Below are positions 11,001-20,945 of a DNA stretch of 64,000 nt, piece by piece; position 1 is the first letter of the stretch, and every line of letters begins with the position of its first letter. The notes under the pieces were generated by a model. It was not told the origin of the DNA. It saw nothing but the letters and a program-made list of their open reading frames with translations, and searched no databases. The stretch lies in the IMG/VR virus record IMGVR_UViG_3300023202_000247, positions 257,462-321,461 of that record; one strand, 5' to 3'. Position numbers and translations under genes: made by a program.

Positions 11001-11338
11001 GAACAATAAGTTCTGATGTTTTGGTTAAATCTGCATCTCCAATTTTAGTAGACGCAACTCTCAATATAGTTGTTTCACAGGGATTTGAAAGCTCTTCTAC
11101 TTTGGTACAACAAAATGTGCAAGATGCTGTTACTAGTGCTTTGAATGCAACTAATCTTGGAACTATAGTTGATGCATCTGATTTGATAGAAGTTGCATAT
11201 ACTGTAGATGGTGTTGATCGTATAAGGGTTATATATTTTAATATCAATGGTCTAAATGGTAGTGCACTAAGTATAGAGGCAGAAGACAATGAATATTTGC
11301 AAGCAAATATTGTAACAGTTAATGTAGAGACTAGATAA
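8099..11338 (+). CDS. Baseplate J/gp6-like wedge protein with large insertions
   Basis: KPGTISRDIL, ALGVDLDRLGANFG, VEATAIGRLGNV, GGTDAQDDAAFR motifs; C-terminal V..AL..TNLG..V..SDLI..AY.VDGV. Confidence 0.85.
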   Translation: MVRIRKVNDIILSSLDFYRSAQPRLDTKPGTISRDILVDGPSAQIARLYEELARIKDSQSIRTALGVDLDRLGANFGKSRKQGSKASGQALVTFNEIDADIPISRGDIVTANNGATFTVTTNTTVAANNINVYRATASKFRSDLDFVGITDQYAVEVSVEATAIGRLGNVSKYSLATISTPGASNVTNASSFGGGTDAQDDAAFRSNILGVFGGAAAGTEEGYRQKAREDNAVLDAIVVGPGNPLMTRDGTQVFTAEDGTQTIISEGTGGKVDIYIFGIRLVEILDSYIYRDQSNTGDPTNTANDFVLGQIEADEGKTVARKRLDDLQTGVLPNQPANDIIEVSGSSSGSNFTAKSTDILGRVTGNYELVRDTGAFAGSPWGFDKLRWIDDRIRDFNESQTKGRFNGQDALSFSDVTRVGAITQDITVVNENSRVSSSDRTSIQLSHSPVVTVSRVFNLTTGERYVVSSQNPDGDGSLNETGRITISGNTLPATSDTLQVDYTWRLEYDPNFDYDNIDKSSNPRSAVDSVDWGFNNAVRREQQNVVVNGSQKTVTVTHPITSVISVNTFVSEASTVTLVQGRLAVVVSNTVANVVSIEKVSDGAELFDTSNDDGSISGLTIFLPTDTVGVVGNSVTVIYNAEDVYTSDGISGSFNGNVITLSQSASVTAGTIVECNYIANVRTILSTTLLPALPAVRNGNAFNTTSQNNIGTQPYTFVFSGNVVEQNLRLSPSRLGLTIAGNISAGVITVSGTTFSGVFDGVFTVGTAGLTQNLSSLVKNAIGISSSSSISSNYEVVRVISCSKVTATDSNDVLSVDHDYDIKGYELRNNTFVKEEAIVDSTLSTTEFTLPSTEGNIDETPEVGDKLQVTFYIANTDASENVSFSKSGTLYTDNIFAIVDTIAISSGFTSGDSQTASLSVTAQNQPQAGTRYNVAYDYIAPKSNERISIRYNENKLVADTTLNIENVRTISSDVLVKSASPILVDATLNIVVSQGFESSSTLVQQNVQDAVTSALNATNLGTIVDASDLIEVAYTVDGVDRIRVIYFNINGLNGSALSIEAEDNEYLQANIVTVNVETR

Positions 11339-14300
11339 TGGCTAATTTGCGTGTCATAAAAGTAGGTGCATCGGACTCCAGAACTATTTTTGCGTCATTT
11401 ACAGACGATCTTGATCCGTTTCTAACCAAAAGTAATGTGACTGTGGAGTCACAAACTGTTGGTGTACCTGATGCTGCGGTTATCTCTCTGGATATCCAAG
11501 AAAACATCATGCGTATAACTACGCAACCAATGACACCAAATGCAGCGTATTTGCTCAAATTTCAAAGCACAGATGGTTCACCGTTCAGAAATGTAAATGG
11601 CACTTCAACACTGTTTCAAGATGGAAAGACAAATGTCTTTTTCATAAGAGGACCGGAAGAGCCTGAGAACTCTATTAGAAACACTCTCATCACATATCTT
11701 TCTCCCAATGAGACTCCATATAACCCAGCGCGTGGAACGCTCATTCGAACTGTTTTGAATGTTTTGAGCACGAATTTTTCACGTGCATTGTTTGATATTC
11801 GTCAAACAAAGAATGAAAGCTATCTCAACGCACGTGTTACTGATGAAAGAAAGGTTCGTGGAAGAGGCCCAACGGATCGTTTGAATCAAGAGGGTGCATT
11901 TGATGTTATTCGTGTGGGCAAAACTCAAACTGATGCAACTATTGATGGAATTTTACAATTTGACAGTTTCCCATTCGATCCGATTACATTGCAGACGGTG
12001 TCCATATCAGCGGAAGATTTGGAGGCCGGTGCCGATGGTGATGCTGGAACTTTTGATCGTTTTGTTTTAACAGTAGATAACGGTCCGATTACCAAGTTAA
12101 AATCTCTTCAAATAGAATACTCTGATGGATATGTTTATCAATATGACATAACTACACTTGGTTATCAGCTAAAAAACCCAAGATATGATACAAAATTTGC
12201 TTCAACATTTGTATTGCTTGATGACAATCAGATAAAGATAAATGAAGATATTTTAGACGATCCTGGTTTCCCACGCATACCCGTGGCTGGCGATACTATG
12301 ACTGTATCGTATGAATACAAAAATCTTGGTATTATTGTTGATGAAGACAGTGTTTCAGTTACAAAGGTTTTGGAGGCCATACGTGAGCCAACACCTGCTT
12401 TGCTAAATGTTTTTAGCTTGGAATTTGCACCAGTGGTAACAAGTTCTGGCAACGTTGCAACTTCTGGCGGCGTTGAATTTTTAGATCCAAATAGCACCAC
12501 GCCATTTTTAACAACTCATCCAGCATTTACAAAAGAAATACCATTTAAGCTCGAAGGGTTACCAAAAGCTATTGGTGAATATGCTGTTGATTATGATAAC
12601 GGTCGTGTATATGTTTACGGAGCAACTTCTGAAAAAGAAGGAACTGGAAACTATCCGCCTGCGGCAACATATAAATACCGAAAGTCTTTTGTTGCAAATT
12701 TAGACTACACGTATGACCCCGAAAGCTTCGAGCTTGTTTCTAGCCCTTTGCGTGATCTAAGCACACAAACGGCTAATATCAACTATGAATATGAAAATAC
12801 GTTAGTTCCTGGAACTGATTTTGAGCCAAAAGTTCATAAAGAAATATTGAATGAAAGAATTGAAAATAGACTTTTAGGAACAAACTCTCTTCAAACCTTG
12901 AATGGTCCAATCACAAATGCATTCAAGGTGTTTAATGAAACAACCAGCGAAGAGTATGGAATTACTAGGTTTAATGATAATAAGGTTTATTTCACATCAA
13001 ATAACTCTCCAAAAATTGTTGATAAGACAGCTGAACGTGTAAACTTTACCAATGTTACAAATGAATCTTTGATTGTCAATAGTGAGTTTAGAAACTCTTC
13101 GAATGTTCGCATTCTAGAAATTCAGCTGCTGAACAACAGGGTAATGTCAATTACGGATGACGTTATAGGAAGCAGCTATAATAGTAGTGTTAGTTTTAGC
13201 AGGAGTGGCATATTCGAACAAGAACTATATTATGATTGGCAGTTATTAACCGTAACTACAAATACTGATAGGTTGACTGTTGGAAAATACCAAGTTGATT
13301 ACAGAAATGGAATAGTATATGTAGGCGTTTCAGAATCCCAAAATTTTGACGTTGGAACTGTCAACTATAAAAAACCTGTAATAAATCCAGTCAATCCTCA
13401 TGTACTTGCTGTAAGTGATATTTATTATAGCACAAATCTAAACCTTGGTCCGACTTTGAGACTAAACTATATCAGCTTTGGTGAAGATGAAATTACACCA
13501 TCGTCATTCAACCTTTCAAATGAAAGATTTTTGAACGGTGATGAAACGATGCAGTATCAAGTTATATCAGATCAAATAACTGTAACTAATGATATACTTG
13601 TTCTTCGTCATCTATACGATGCGTATGATTTAAACAACAATATTGAGCCGGTTAATTTCGCTGATGTTACAACAACCAGTGGCAATGTAATTACTTTGGA
13701 CGGAACTGGTGTTCAAAGGCAAGAAACGTTGGTTGTTGGCGCTGGACTGACGCTGACCACTAGCTTTATAAGTCCTGGAATAAAAATTGGAATGGCGATA
13801 AGTGCCATTAGGGTTTCTGATGGTGCAGAGTTGATTGATGGTTATGAAACTGTAGTTGACAATACCATTACTTTATCTGGAGCAAGTGGCGCTGCTCCTG
13901 GTGATGTTGTAGATTTAATTTACACCGTCATATTGACGGGTGCTGCTACGCCAGTGGTTGATTATGACCGTGGTGGATATTATATAGACTACACGTATCT
14001 TGCAGATGAGATACTGATAACATATGAGTATGGTGACAACTCACTAGATTTTAGTCAAAGTTCTAGTGTAGAAGAGGGTGATGAATACTTTGTTACTTAC
14101 AGATTTGGTGCGCTACGTGATACACTTTTACCAAACTTTGGAAGTTATACTGGTATTCCAGAGGTGTTGGCTTTTGATACCAACCTCAATAGAGAGCGTT
14201 ACAGAGATGCATTGATAGGTATTTTACAATCATTTATCAATGGTCCAACGATTCCATCAATGGAAACACTTGTAAGCAGTATAACTAAAATTGAACCAGA

Positions 14301-17300
14301 GATTTTAGAGAGCATATTTGAGGTATGGTCTCTTGGTATCAGCTATCTTTATAGAGAGCCAATTCGTGTCATAGGCGACCCGGCGTTAGTTCCTGGTAAG
14401 TTTGACAATGGTTTATTGATTAAAGAAGATGGATATGGAGTCACATTCCCGGTTTCTAGCAATTTGAGATTGGAAGAAGGAACGCTTGAATTCTGGGTCA
14501 TTCCTGAGTGGAATGGTTTGGATAATGATGCTACTTTGACATTTAGCAATTTAAAGAAAGATGGCTATGCTGTTTCAGCATCAAATATTTTCATCGGATC
14601 TGGAAGCTATAATCCAACGCTGTCTGATGGTAAGTTTTCGATAAACAGAACGGATGAGTTGAGCCCGGTGGGACTTCCATCTAAGATATTTACAGAAACA
14701 GGATTTTTTATTTATTATGATAGTGATGTTTCTGAGTGGAAAGTCTTAGCAAAAGATAAACCAGATGGCTATACATATAGTGGTCAAATTCTTTCCAGTG
14801 GAGAGGTTTATCATGTTCGCTCTATAGATGGTTTAACTGAGCTTGGTGATGTCATCAGATCCGGTGTAGATAAGATTGATTTTTCTTTTAGTATCGATGC
14901 GTCTGATGCAAGCAGTCCTGATGGATACAAAACTGGAGATGGCTATGTGCCGGGTTACTCATTTGATGGTCTTCAGTTCATGGCAGATGATGTTCACTAC
15001 TTGTTTGATTTTGCGGATAAATCCGACAAAAATAGGTTCAGTGTATTTAAAGATGGCCGCGGTTATATAAATTTCAGAGTTTGGGATCGTGGCGGTGGTT
15101 ACGTTCAAAAAGACACCCGACGTACAGACTACATGGTTAGCGCCGATATTCAAGATTGGCTTGCTGGACAAAAACATCACGTTGCCGTCTCTTGGTCACT
15201 CAACAGCAAAGATCGTAGAGATGAAATGCATCTTTACATAGACGGTTTCGAAGTTCCAAACATATTGTTTTATGGAGGTAGGCCGATTGGTACTACATCT
15301 GATAGGTTCAGAACTGTAAAGCCTGAAATAGTTGCTGGTACTGTTCCAAAAAATGCTGTTACTGGAGATGCTTTGAGTACAACTCAAGGTTCAGCCGTTG
15401 TCTCTACCAATGAATTCAATTTTTCTTCTTTGGGCGTATCGCCCGGAGATACAATTTTAATATTGGAAACAGGATTTACATCTTATACTATTTTGAGCGT
15501 AAGTGGAGGAACATTGACTCTTGATACATCAATGCCTGCAACGCTTGGAGACGCTAGGTTTAGTGTAAATCCATTTACATCAATTGTTTCAACAAACATG
15601 GATATGTTTACCAATGTTGCAGTCTCATACCTGAGAGGTGGGGAAGAGACGGAACTGCCTGGATTGCGGGCTGAACTACCCGGATATTCCATAAACAGAA
15701 ATGCATTGAACCAAAATGTATTAACCATTTTGGGTGATGTTGAAACCGGAGATCAGATTCTCATTCGCACGCTAGGTTTGAATCATCGCAGATGCAGAGA
15801 AGATGTATACATATGGGGCAATACGCAGTCCGTATTGAAAACAGCATTGCCTCCGCCGATAAACTTAGACGAAGTTTCTATCAAGAAGATTGTTTTTCCA
15901 CTTACATCAATTGGACCAGCAAACTCTTCAATTATCGCTGGAGAGTTCGTTGCTACTGGTTTGAGCGCAACTCAACCAACAAACTCGACTGAAGGGCGAC
16001 AGCTTACCGTTAGAGTTACTGGTGGAAATGTAGACTTTACAACTCCTACATCAGTAACAATAAATGGTACGACGGCTGGTGGACCAACGAGTGAGACGTT
16101 GACGTTCTCATCAGCTGAATCTCAAACTACCACTGAAAAATTTCTAACTATTAGTGGTGTTGATGTAACAACTAAGCCGTTGTCAACTTCCAGTGTTGGT
16201 TTGGCAGTAGAAATTAAAGAGACTTATAGTATAACTATGCCAAATGGTAATAGTTCATATCCAGTTATTCGTTTTGCATACAAGACACAGCAAGGTGTTT
16301 CTCTGGAGGGCAACGGTGGTGTGGTAGTTAGCGACCCGAACGGATTTTTCCCGTTGAGCGAAGTTGGTAATTTGATGGTTATCACTTCGCCGCCGGCTGT
16401 CACTGGAACTTATACCATACAAGATAGGCTTGATAATACAACGGTTAGAATATCACCAGCACCGGGCGTGGCATTTAGTGGAGCAGCCTATGAGCTTTAT
16501 AATATAAACATTGGGCGCAGCGGGTTCCAAAACGGATTCTTTTTCCTCAACGAAGCTGGTACGACAAATGATCCATATCCGTTAAGTGAGGGCTTTTATG
16601 AGTTTGATTACCAAGCATACTTGGAAGTTCCATTTGATCCAATTAACCAAGATGCGTATGTTGGAACAGATTTTACCATGTCTCATCCTTCTAAAGCTGT
16701 TATTGATGAATTGAGAATATCAAATTATCAGTTAACAGATACGAGAGTTGGTGAGACTCTTAGCGTTAATGAAGAAAGTGTTACCACTAGCTACCAGTCT
16801 CTAAATCCATTTGTTAAAAATCAAAATACATTGATGTTGCTTCATTTTGATGAATATCCTCTAGAAAATGATAGTGATTTTTACAAGTTTGCAAATCGCG
16901 AATATGTTCAAAGTGGCACGAGTGTAAATGCTAACTTTGATCAATCCATATGTTTTGTTAATAGAGGATTATCATTTGATAATAAGGGGACGCTAACAAC
17001 ACGTAGTGAGGGAACGATAGAATTCTGGGTTAGTCCTCGATTTGATACGTATAACGATCCCGTTCCTCGATTCTACTTTGACGCTATAGCTTCGGTATTG
17101 GAAGAGGTTGTAAGTACTACGACAGGAATGGTAAAAGTTTCTGGTAGAATCGGAGAAGTTTTAAGTGTTCGATTGCAGTCTGACGAACAAAATCAGGGCG
17201 AGGAATACTTTGATGGCGGCAGTGTTGTTGATGATAGACAAACGATAATATTGAAGCGAGCATTGCCTTATCAAAGAACACCTGTAAAAGTTGCGTATGT

Positions 17301-18018
17301 TCCAACCGGTGTAAAGGGAGACAGGATTAGTATACTGAAAGATTCGTCTGGTTTCATTGCATTCAACGTTCGCGCCAACGAACAAGAGTTTCAGGTTAGA
17401 ACACCTGTGTTTTGGCCACGTGATACGTGGCACAGAGTACGTGCCACTTTCAAATTCAATAGACCAGACAATTTGGATCAGATTAGATTGTTTGTTGATG
17501 GAGAAGAGCGCGGAATATTAACATTTGGAAGCGGAATTCTTTTCGGCGGGGGCGCTATTTTTGGACAAACAACCGTTGGAGTTACCAATCAAATCTTGAT
17601 AACTAATATTGATTTTACGGATACTATGACTAGATATCACATTGGTCAAGATTTCACCGGATCGAATGTCGCTGAAGCTAGAATGGATAATTTCCGTCTC
17701 AGCAACATATCCAGGGATCCGATTACAATTGCTGGTCAACCATTTGATACAAATTACTCTTCCAATAACAATGTAGTATTTCCTGTCATAGAGGATGCTT
17801 TTACGACATTTTTGCTCAATTTTGATAGATTGATTGAAAAAGTTGATGATTTTGCTATATTAAGAGATGAGAACTTTGGTATATTCAACTTCACTTTAAA
17901 TATCATTGATTCTTTCCGCATACTTCTAGATAACCCGCGTTCAGAAGAAATATTGCGTTCAGCTATAAATAGGTTGAAACCAGCAAATGCAAAGGTCGAA
18001 ATCAACATAGTTAGATAA
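11338..18018 (+). CDS. Giant baseplate wedge protein (gp7/P2 gpI-like scaffold) with Ig-like and two LamG/ConA-like domains
   Basis: RERYRDAL...GPTIPSM (gpI-like), terminal LKPAN; LamG motifs EGTLEFWV, HHVAVSW, HLYIDG, IDELRISN and EGTIEFWV, WHRVRATF, RLFVDG, MDNFRLSN. Confidence 0.65.
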   Translation: MANLRVIKVGASDSRTIFASFTDDLDPFLTKSNVTVESQTVGVPDAAVISLDIQENIMRITTQPMTPNAAYLLKFQSTDGSPFRNVNGTSTLFQDGKTNVFFIRGPEEPENSIRNTLITYLSPNETPYNPARGTLIRTVLNVLSTNFSRALFDIRQTKNESYLNARVTDERKVRGRGPTDRLNQEGAFDVIRVGKTQTDATIDGILQFDSFPFDPITLQTVSISAEDLEAGADGDAGTFDRFVLTVDNGPITKLKSLQIEYSDGYVYQYDITTLGYQLKNPRYDTKFASTFVLLDDNQIKINEDILDDPGFPRIPVAGDTMTVSYEYKNLGIIVDEDSVSVTKVLEAIREPTPALLNVFSLEFAPVVTSSGNVATSGGVEFLDPNSTTPFLTTHPAFTKEIPFKLEGLPKAIGEYAVDYDNGRVYVYGATSEKEGTGNYPPAATYKYRKSFVANLDYTYDPESFELVSSPLRDLSTQTANINYEYENTLVPGTDFEPKVHKEILNERIENRLLGTNSLQTLNGPITNAFKVFNETTSEEYGITRFNDNKVYFTSNNSPKIVDKTAERVNFTNVTNESLIVNSEFRNSSNVRILEIQLLNNRVMSITDDVIGSSYNSSVSFSRSGIFEQELYYDWQLLTVTTNTDRLTVGKYQVDYRNGIVYVGVSESQNFDVGTVNYKKPVINPVNPHVLAVSDIYYSTNLNLGPTLRLNYISFGEDEITPSSFNLSNERFLNGDETMQYQVISDQITVTNDILVLRHLYDAYDLNNNIEPVNFADVTTTSGNVITLDGTGVQRQETLVVGAGLTLTTSFISPGIKIGMAISAIRVSDGAELIDGYETVVDNTITLSGASGAAPGDVVDLIYTVILTGAATPVVDYDRGGYYIDYTYLADEILITYEYGDNSLDFSQSSSVEEGDEYFVTYRFGALRDTLLPNFGSYTGIPEVLAFDTNLNRERYRDALIGILQSFINGPTIPSMETLVSSITKIEPEILESIFEVWSLGISYLYREPIRVIGDPALVPGKFDNGLLIKEDGYGVTFPVSSNLRLEEGTLEFWVIPEWNGLDNDATLTFSNLKKDGYAVSASNIFIGSGSYNPTLSDGKFSINRTDELSPVGLPSKIFTETGFFIYYDSDVSEWKVLAKDKPDGYTYSGQILSSGEVYHVRSIDGLTELGDVIRSGVDKIDFSFSIDASDASSPDGYKTGDGYVPGYSFDGLQFMADDVHYLFDFADKSDKNRFSVFKDGRGYINFRVWDRGGGYVQKDTRRTDYMVSADIQDWLAGQKHHVAVSWSLNSKDRRDEMHLYIDGFEVPNILFYGGRPIGTTSDRFRTVKPEIVAGTVPKNAVTGDALSTTQGSAVVSTNEFNFSSLGVSPGDTILILETGFTSYTILSVSGGTLTLDTSMPATLGDARFSVNPFTSIVSTNMDMFTNVAVSYLRGGEETELPGLRAELPGYSINRNALNQNVLTILGDVETGDQILIRTLGLNHRRCREDVYIWGNTQSVLKTALPPPINLDEVSIKKIVFPLTSIGPANSSIIAGEFVATGLSATQPTNSTEGRQLTVRVTGGNVDFTTPTSVTINGTTAGGPTSETLTFSSAESQTTTEKFLTISGVDVTTKPLSTSSVGLAVEIKETYSITMPNGNSSYPVIRFAYKTQQGVSLEGNGGVVVSDPNGFFPLSEVGNLMVITSPPAVTGTYTIQDRLDNTTVRISPAPGVAFSGAAYELYNINIGRSGFQNGFFFLNEAGTTNDPYPLSEGFYEFDYQAYLEVPFDPINQDAYVGTDFTMSHPSKAVIDELRISNYQLTDTRVGETLSVNEESVTTSYQSLNPFVKNQNTLMLLHFDEYPLENDSDFYKFANREYVQSGTSVNANFDQSICFVNRGLSFDNKGTLTTRSEGTIEFWVSPRFDTYNDPVPRFYFDAIASVLEEVVSTTTGMVKVSGRIGEVLSVRLQSDEQNQGEEYFDGGSVVDDRQTIILKRALPYQRTPVKVAYVPTGVKGDRISILKDSSGFIAFNVRANEQEFQVRTPVFWPRDTWHRVRATFKFNRPDNLDQIRLFVDGEERGILTFGSGILFGGGAIFGQTTVGVTNQILITNIDFTDTMTRYHIGQDFTGSNVAEARMDNFRLSNISRDPITIAGQPFDTNYSSNNNVVFPVIEDAFTTFLLNFDRLIEKVDDFAILRDENFGIFNFTLNIIDSFRILLDNPRSEEILRSAINRLKPANAKVEINIVR

Positions 18019-18020
18019 TT

Positions 18021-20945
18021 ATGACTAAAAGAATACCAGTATCAACAACAGAAGTTTTGTGGCACGATGCTCAGCGCGTTGATCGCGGTGACATGAATAC
18101 CGAGCAACTAAGCAAAAACCAAAATGACGCATCTATAATCAATAATCATTTTGGCTCAGGGGTATTGCCTTCAACTCCCATACAAACAGTTTTATTCGAT
18201 TCTGATAATTTAAGCCAAATTCAAGCAGCAACTCTTGCCGCTGGTGATTTTGATGGTACCGGCTTTCAACCGGCCCAACAGCCAAGTGATAACAGTCTTG
18301 GCAATCAGCTAGAGGTTGAGCTTACGGGAAGTAGTGTTTTTGGAAGGCTTAGTGTAAAAGTTTTAATAGTTGGTGTAGACTTTGATGGTAATCCCCAATA
18401 TGATAGATTTGTTTTTCATAGAAATGAAAAGCAAGTTACTGGAAAACACTATGCAAGAATTTTAGGATTGTTTTTCAATGACTTTAAAGGAAACAATAAT
18501 TGTTCTCGTAATCAAGGTGGTCGAATAGTCATTCGTGAAGCTGCAAGTTTTCAGCTGAGCAGAGACCCGATAATGGTAGCTCAAGATGTGGAGCCAAACC
18601 TTTTCTTTAGAGATTTCAAGGTTCCGAATCCATCGGTAACGTTGTATAATACCATTCAAACTGGTATAGGTTCTGAATACAGTGTTGACTCTCTTGATAT
18701 AAATACTACAGTTAAAGTAAATAGAATTTTATCAGCTGGAGATGTAACAACTAAAATTGGACAAAAATTTCAAGCTGTTACAAACAACATTCAAAAAATC
18801 ACGCTGTTGTTGGGTGCTCAAAGAGATGATGCTGCTAGTGTAGAAAACCGTTATAATTGGGCCGGGCAGCTTGTAATTAGTGTTTATGAGTTACAAACCA
18901 GTGTTAGTTGTCCAACAGATATAAGCCCAGAGTTACAAATAGAATTTGATCCAACTGCAAACCCAATTGCACAGATAAGTGTAAGTCAATCGGAGTTACG
19001 TGCACTTGGGTATGTTTTAACTGATGTTCTACAACCAGTAGATTTCGTTTTCAGTGATACGCAACTGGGTTCAACAACAAATCCGATAATAGTTCCAAAT
19101 AGATATTACGCTGTTACCATAAACCGAGCCGGGGCGGCATCATCGGGAGCGGTATTTACCGGTGTTGGAAACGATGTATTAGACAATAGTAGACTTACGA
19201 CATATTCTGGTACATGGGTTGATGTTGTTGAAGAAGATATGTGGTTCCAGGTTTGGGATGACGCTGCTAAGGTGGCTGATGGTCAAGCTTATGATTGTGG
19301 TAATGGTATGGAAATTTCCAAGACCATTGAAAACGATCTTGGTGCCGAGATAGATTATTCGTTTGATGATAACGCTTTTGTTGATAGCGGTGAAGGCATC
19401 TTAAATATAGCAGTTGTTGAGGCTATACAAGAAGAAAGTGTTGAAGAGCAAGACGAACGTACTGGAAATCCAGTTAACTCTAGGCAAAAATTCGAACCAA
19501 GCTTTAGCTTTGTAACTGAGTCTGGTTTAGCTACGTTGCGAGAAACCACCGAACCGTTGATTATCGGGTGTGGTGAAGACATCAATCCAAAGCAAAATAC
19601 TGATTTGGAAAAGATGCAACTTTTGCCAGGTCTTGCAAAGGGAGATACGTTTACAGTAGTTAATCCTGATGCTGATTTATTGTCTAACAACTTGGTTGGA
19701 AGCAAGCTCATTCCGAACAACGGCTGTGCTGCAAAAGAATACAGGATATTCAAAGTCATATCTTGTACGGATGGATATGGTGATGTAAATGGTGATGGAT
19801 ACATTAACGACGCAGATATATCTAGAGTGGCAGAGCTTATTGGAGAAAGCGTATATTCAGCATCAACTCAACAAAAGATAGTTGACGGTTACATCAGCAC
19901 ACTAGAGTTGTTGAGGGCCGATGTAGATGGTGATGGATACATTACATCAACAGATGTATCTTTGATTACACAATATGTAAATAGAGATATCAATGCGTTT
20001 CCAGTTGGTTCTACGTTCCAACACATGGATATTCGTGTCCAGCAATCAATTGGAAGAAATGATGGTTATTTTGATTGTGATGGATACATAAGACTTGACG
20101 GTTATCTTGGTCAAAATATCGTTTCGCCAAGCTCTTTGGATCCATATGAGTTGATTTATGATGGATACATAACTACACCAAGTATCGACGGTGATGATCC
20201 TATATTTAGCACAGTGCCATTTCCAGGTGTAACATATGAAATTCTAGCACAACCATTTTGGCAAGATTACTTTTTGCCGTTTAGTAGTGATGTTCGAGTT
20301 GTACCAGCGGCGTTTACGTTTGACGAATCAGTTGTGATACCAGACTGCTCTCCACCCTCATTCTTCTCTTGTTTTGACAGGGCGAGTGTGGATCTGGACT
20401 GTGAGCCTGGACGAAATGACATTCTCATACCAGACAATTTGATAATGCGTCGAGGGCAAATTCTCAACCCTGATGGAACACATTACAAAGTCGATTTCGA
20501 GTTAAAGACAATAATATTGCAATTGCCAGAAGTACCATTTGAAGAGCAGAGTATAAATGTGTTTGGCAAGTTGGTTGCTGATGCTGGTGACGGCAGAACG
20601 TCCGCCGGTTATGATGCTGCAAGATTTGCCGACTGTACGACGGTAAAACCTGATGCATTAGCAAAAAATCAGGTAAGGTTTGGCGTCTCGGTTCAAGCTT
20701 TCGTACCGAATCTTGATGGATACGATTCGGATGGGTATGGTGTTATCGTAGATGACATAATCGGCGTTTACATGGATCAGGTAAATGGAATTTTGACACT
20801 GTCAATTCAAGATTTAGAAGTTGATGATATTTACAGAACTCTTGTTACAAAGATTGAAATTCAAGTATTTTTGAAAAAGGCTGGCTGGAATAACAGCGTG
20901 CTCACCATCGAGCCGAGCCAGGTGCCTGGATTGTTGAGTACATAG
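18021..20945 (+). CDS. Virion protein with a dockerin type I-like paired EF-hand domain
   Basis: GDVNGDGYINDAD and ADVDGDGYITSTD loops each followed by a helix; N-terminal LWHDAQRVDRGDMNTEQ resembles the start of baseplate/tail proteins. Confidence 0.6.
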   Translation: MTKRIPVSTTEVLWHDAQRVDRGDMNTEQLSKNQNDASIINNHFGSGVLPSTPIQTVLFDSDNLSQIQAATLAAGDFDGTGFQPAQQPSDNSLGNQLEVELTGSSVFGRLSVKVLIVGVDFDGNPQYDRFVFHRNEKQVTGKHYARILGLFFNDFKGNNNCSRNQGGRIVIREAASFQLSRDPIMVAQDVEPNLFFRDFKVPNPSVTLYNTIQTGIGSEYSVDSLDINTTVKVNRILSAGDVTTKIGQKFQAVTNNIQKITLLLGAQRDDAASVENRYNWAGQLVISVYELQTSVSCPTDISPELQIEFDPTANPIAQISVSQSELRALGYVLTDVLQPVDFVFSDTQLGSTTNPIIVPNRYYAVTINRAGAASSGAVFTGVGNDVLDNSRLTTYSGTWVDVVEEDMWFQVWDDAAKVADGQAYDCGNGMEISKTIENDLGAEIDYSFDDNAFVDSGEGILNIAVVEAIQEESVEEQDERTGNPVNSRQKFEPSFSFVTESGLATLRETTEPLIIGCGEDINPKQNTDLEKMQLLPGLAKGDTFTVVNPDADLLSNNLVGSKLIPNNGCAAKEYRIFKVISCTDGYGDVNGDGYINDADISRVAELIGESVYSASTQQKIVDGYISTLELLRADVDGDGYITSTDVSLITQYVNRDINAFPVGSTFQHMDIRVQQSIGRNDGYFDCDGYIRLDGYLGQNIVSPSSLDPYELIYDGYITTPSIDGDDPIFSTVPFPGVTYEILAQPFWQDYFLPFSSDVRVVPAAFTFDESVVIPDCSPPSFFSCFDRASVDLDCEPGRNDILIPDNLIMRRGQILNPDGTHYKVDFELKTIILQLPEVPFEEQSINVFGKLVADAGDGRTSAGYDAARFADCTTVKPDALAKNQVRFGVSVQAFVPNLDGYDSDGYGVIVDDIIGVYMDQVNGILTLSIQDLEVDDIYRTLVTKIEIQVFLKKAGWNNSVLTIEPSQVPGLLST

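Noticed and set aside
1-20945. Bacterial extracellular contractile injection system or T6SS locus
   Set aside because: The same contig carries DnaB/DnaC-like proteins, a UvsW-like helicase, sigma, RNR, tubulin and homing elements, with no host housekeeping operons, toxin-immunity pairs or T6SS membrane complex. A large phage fits better.
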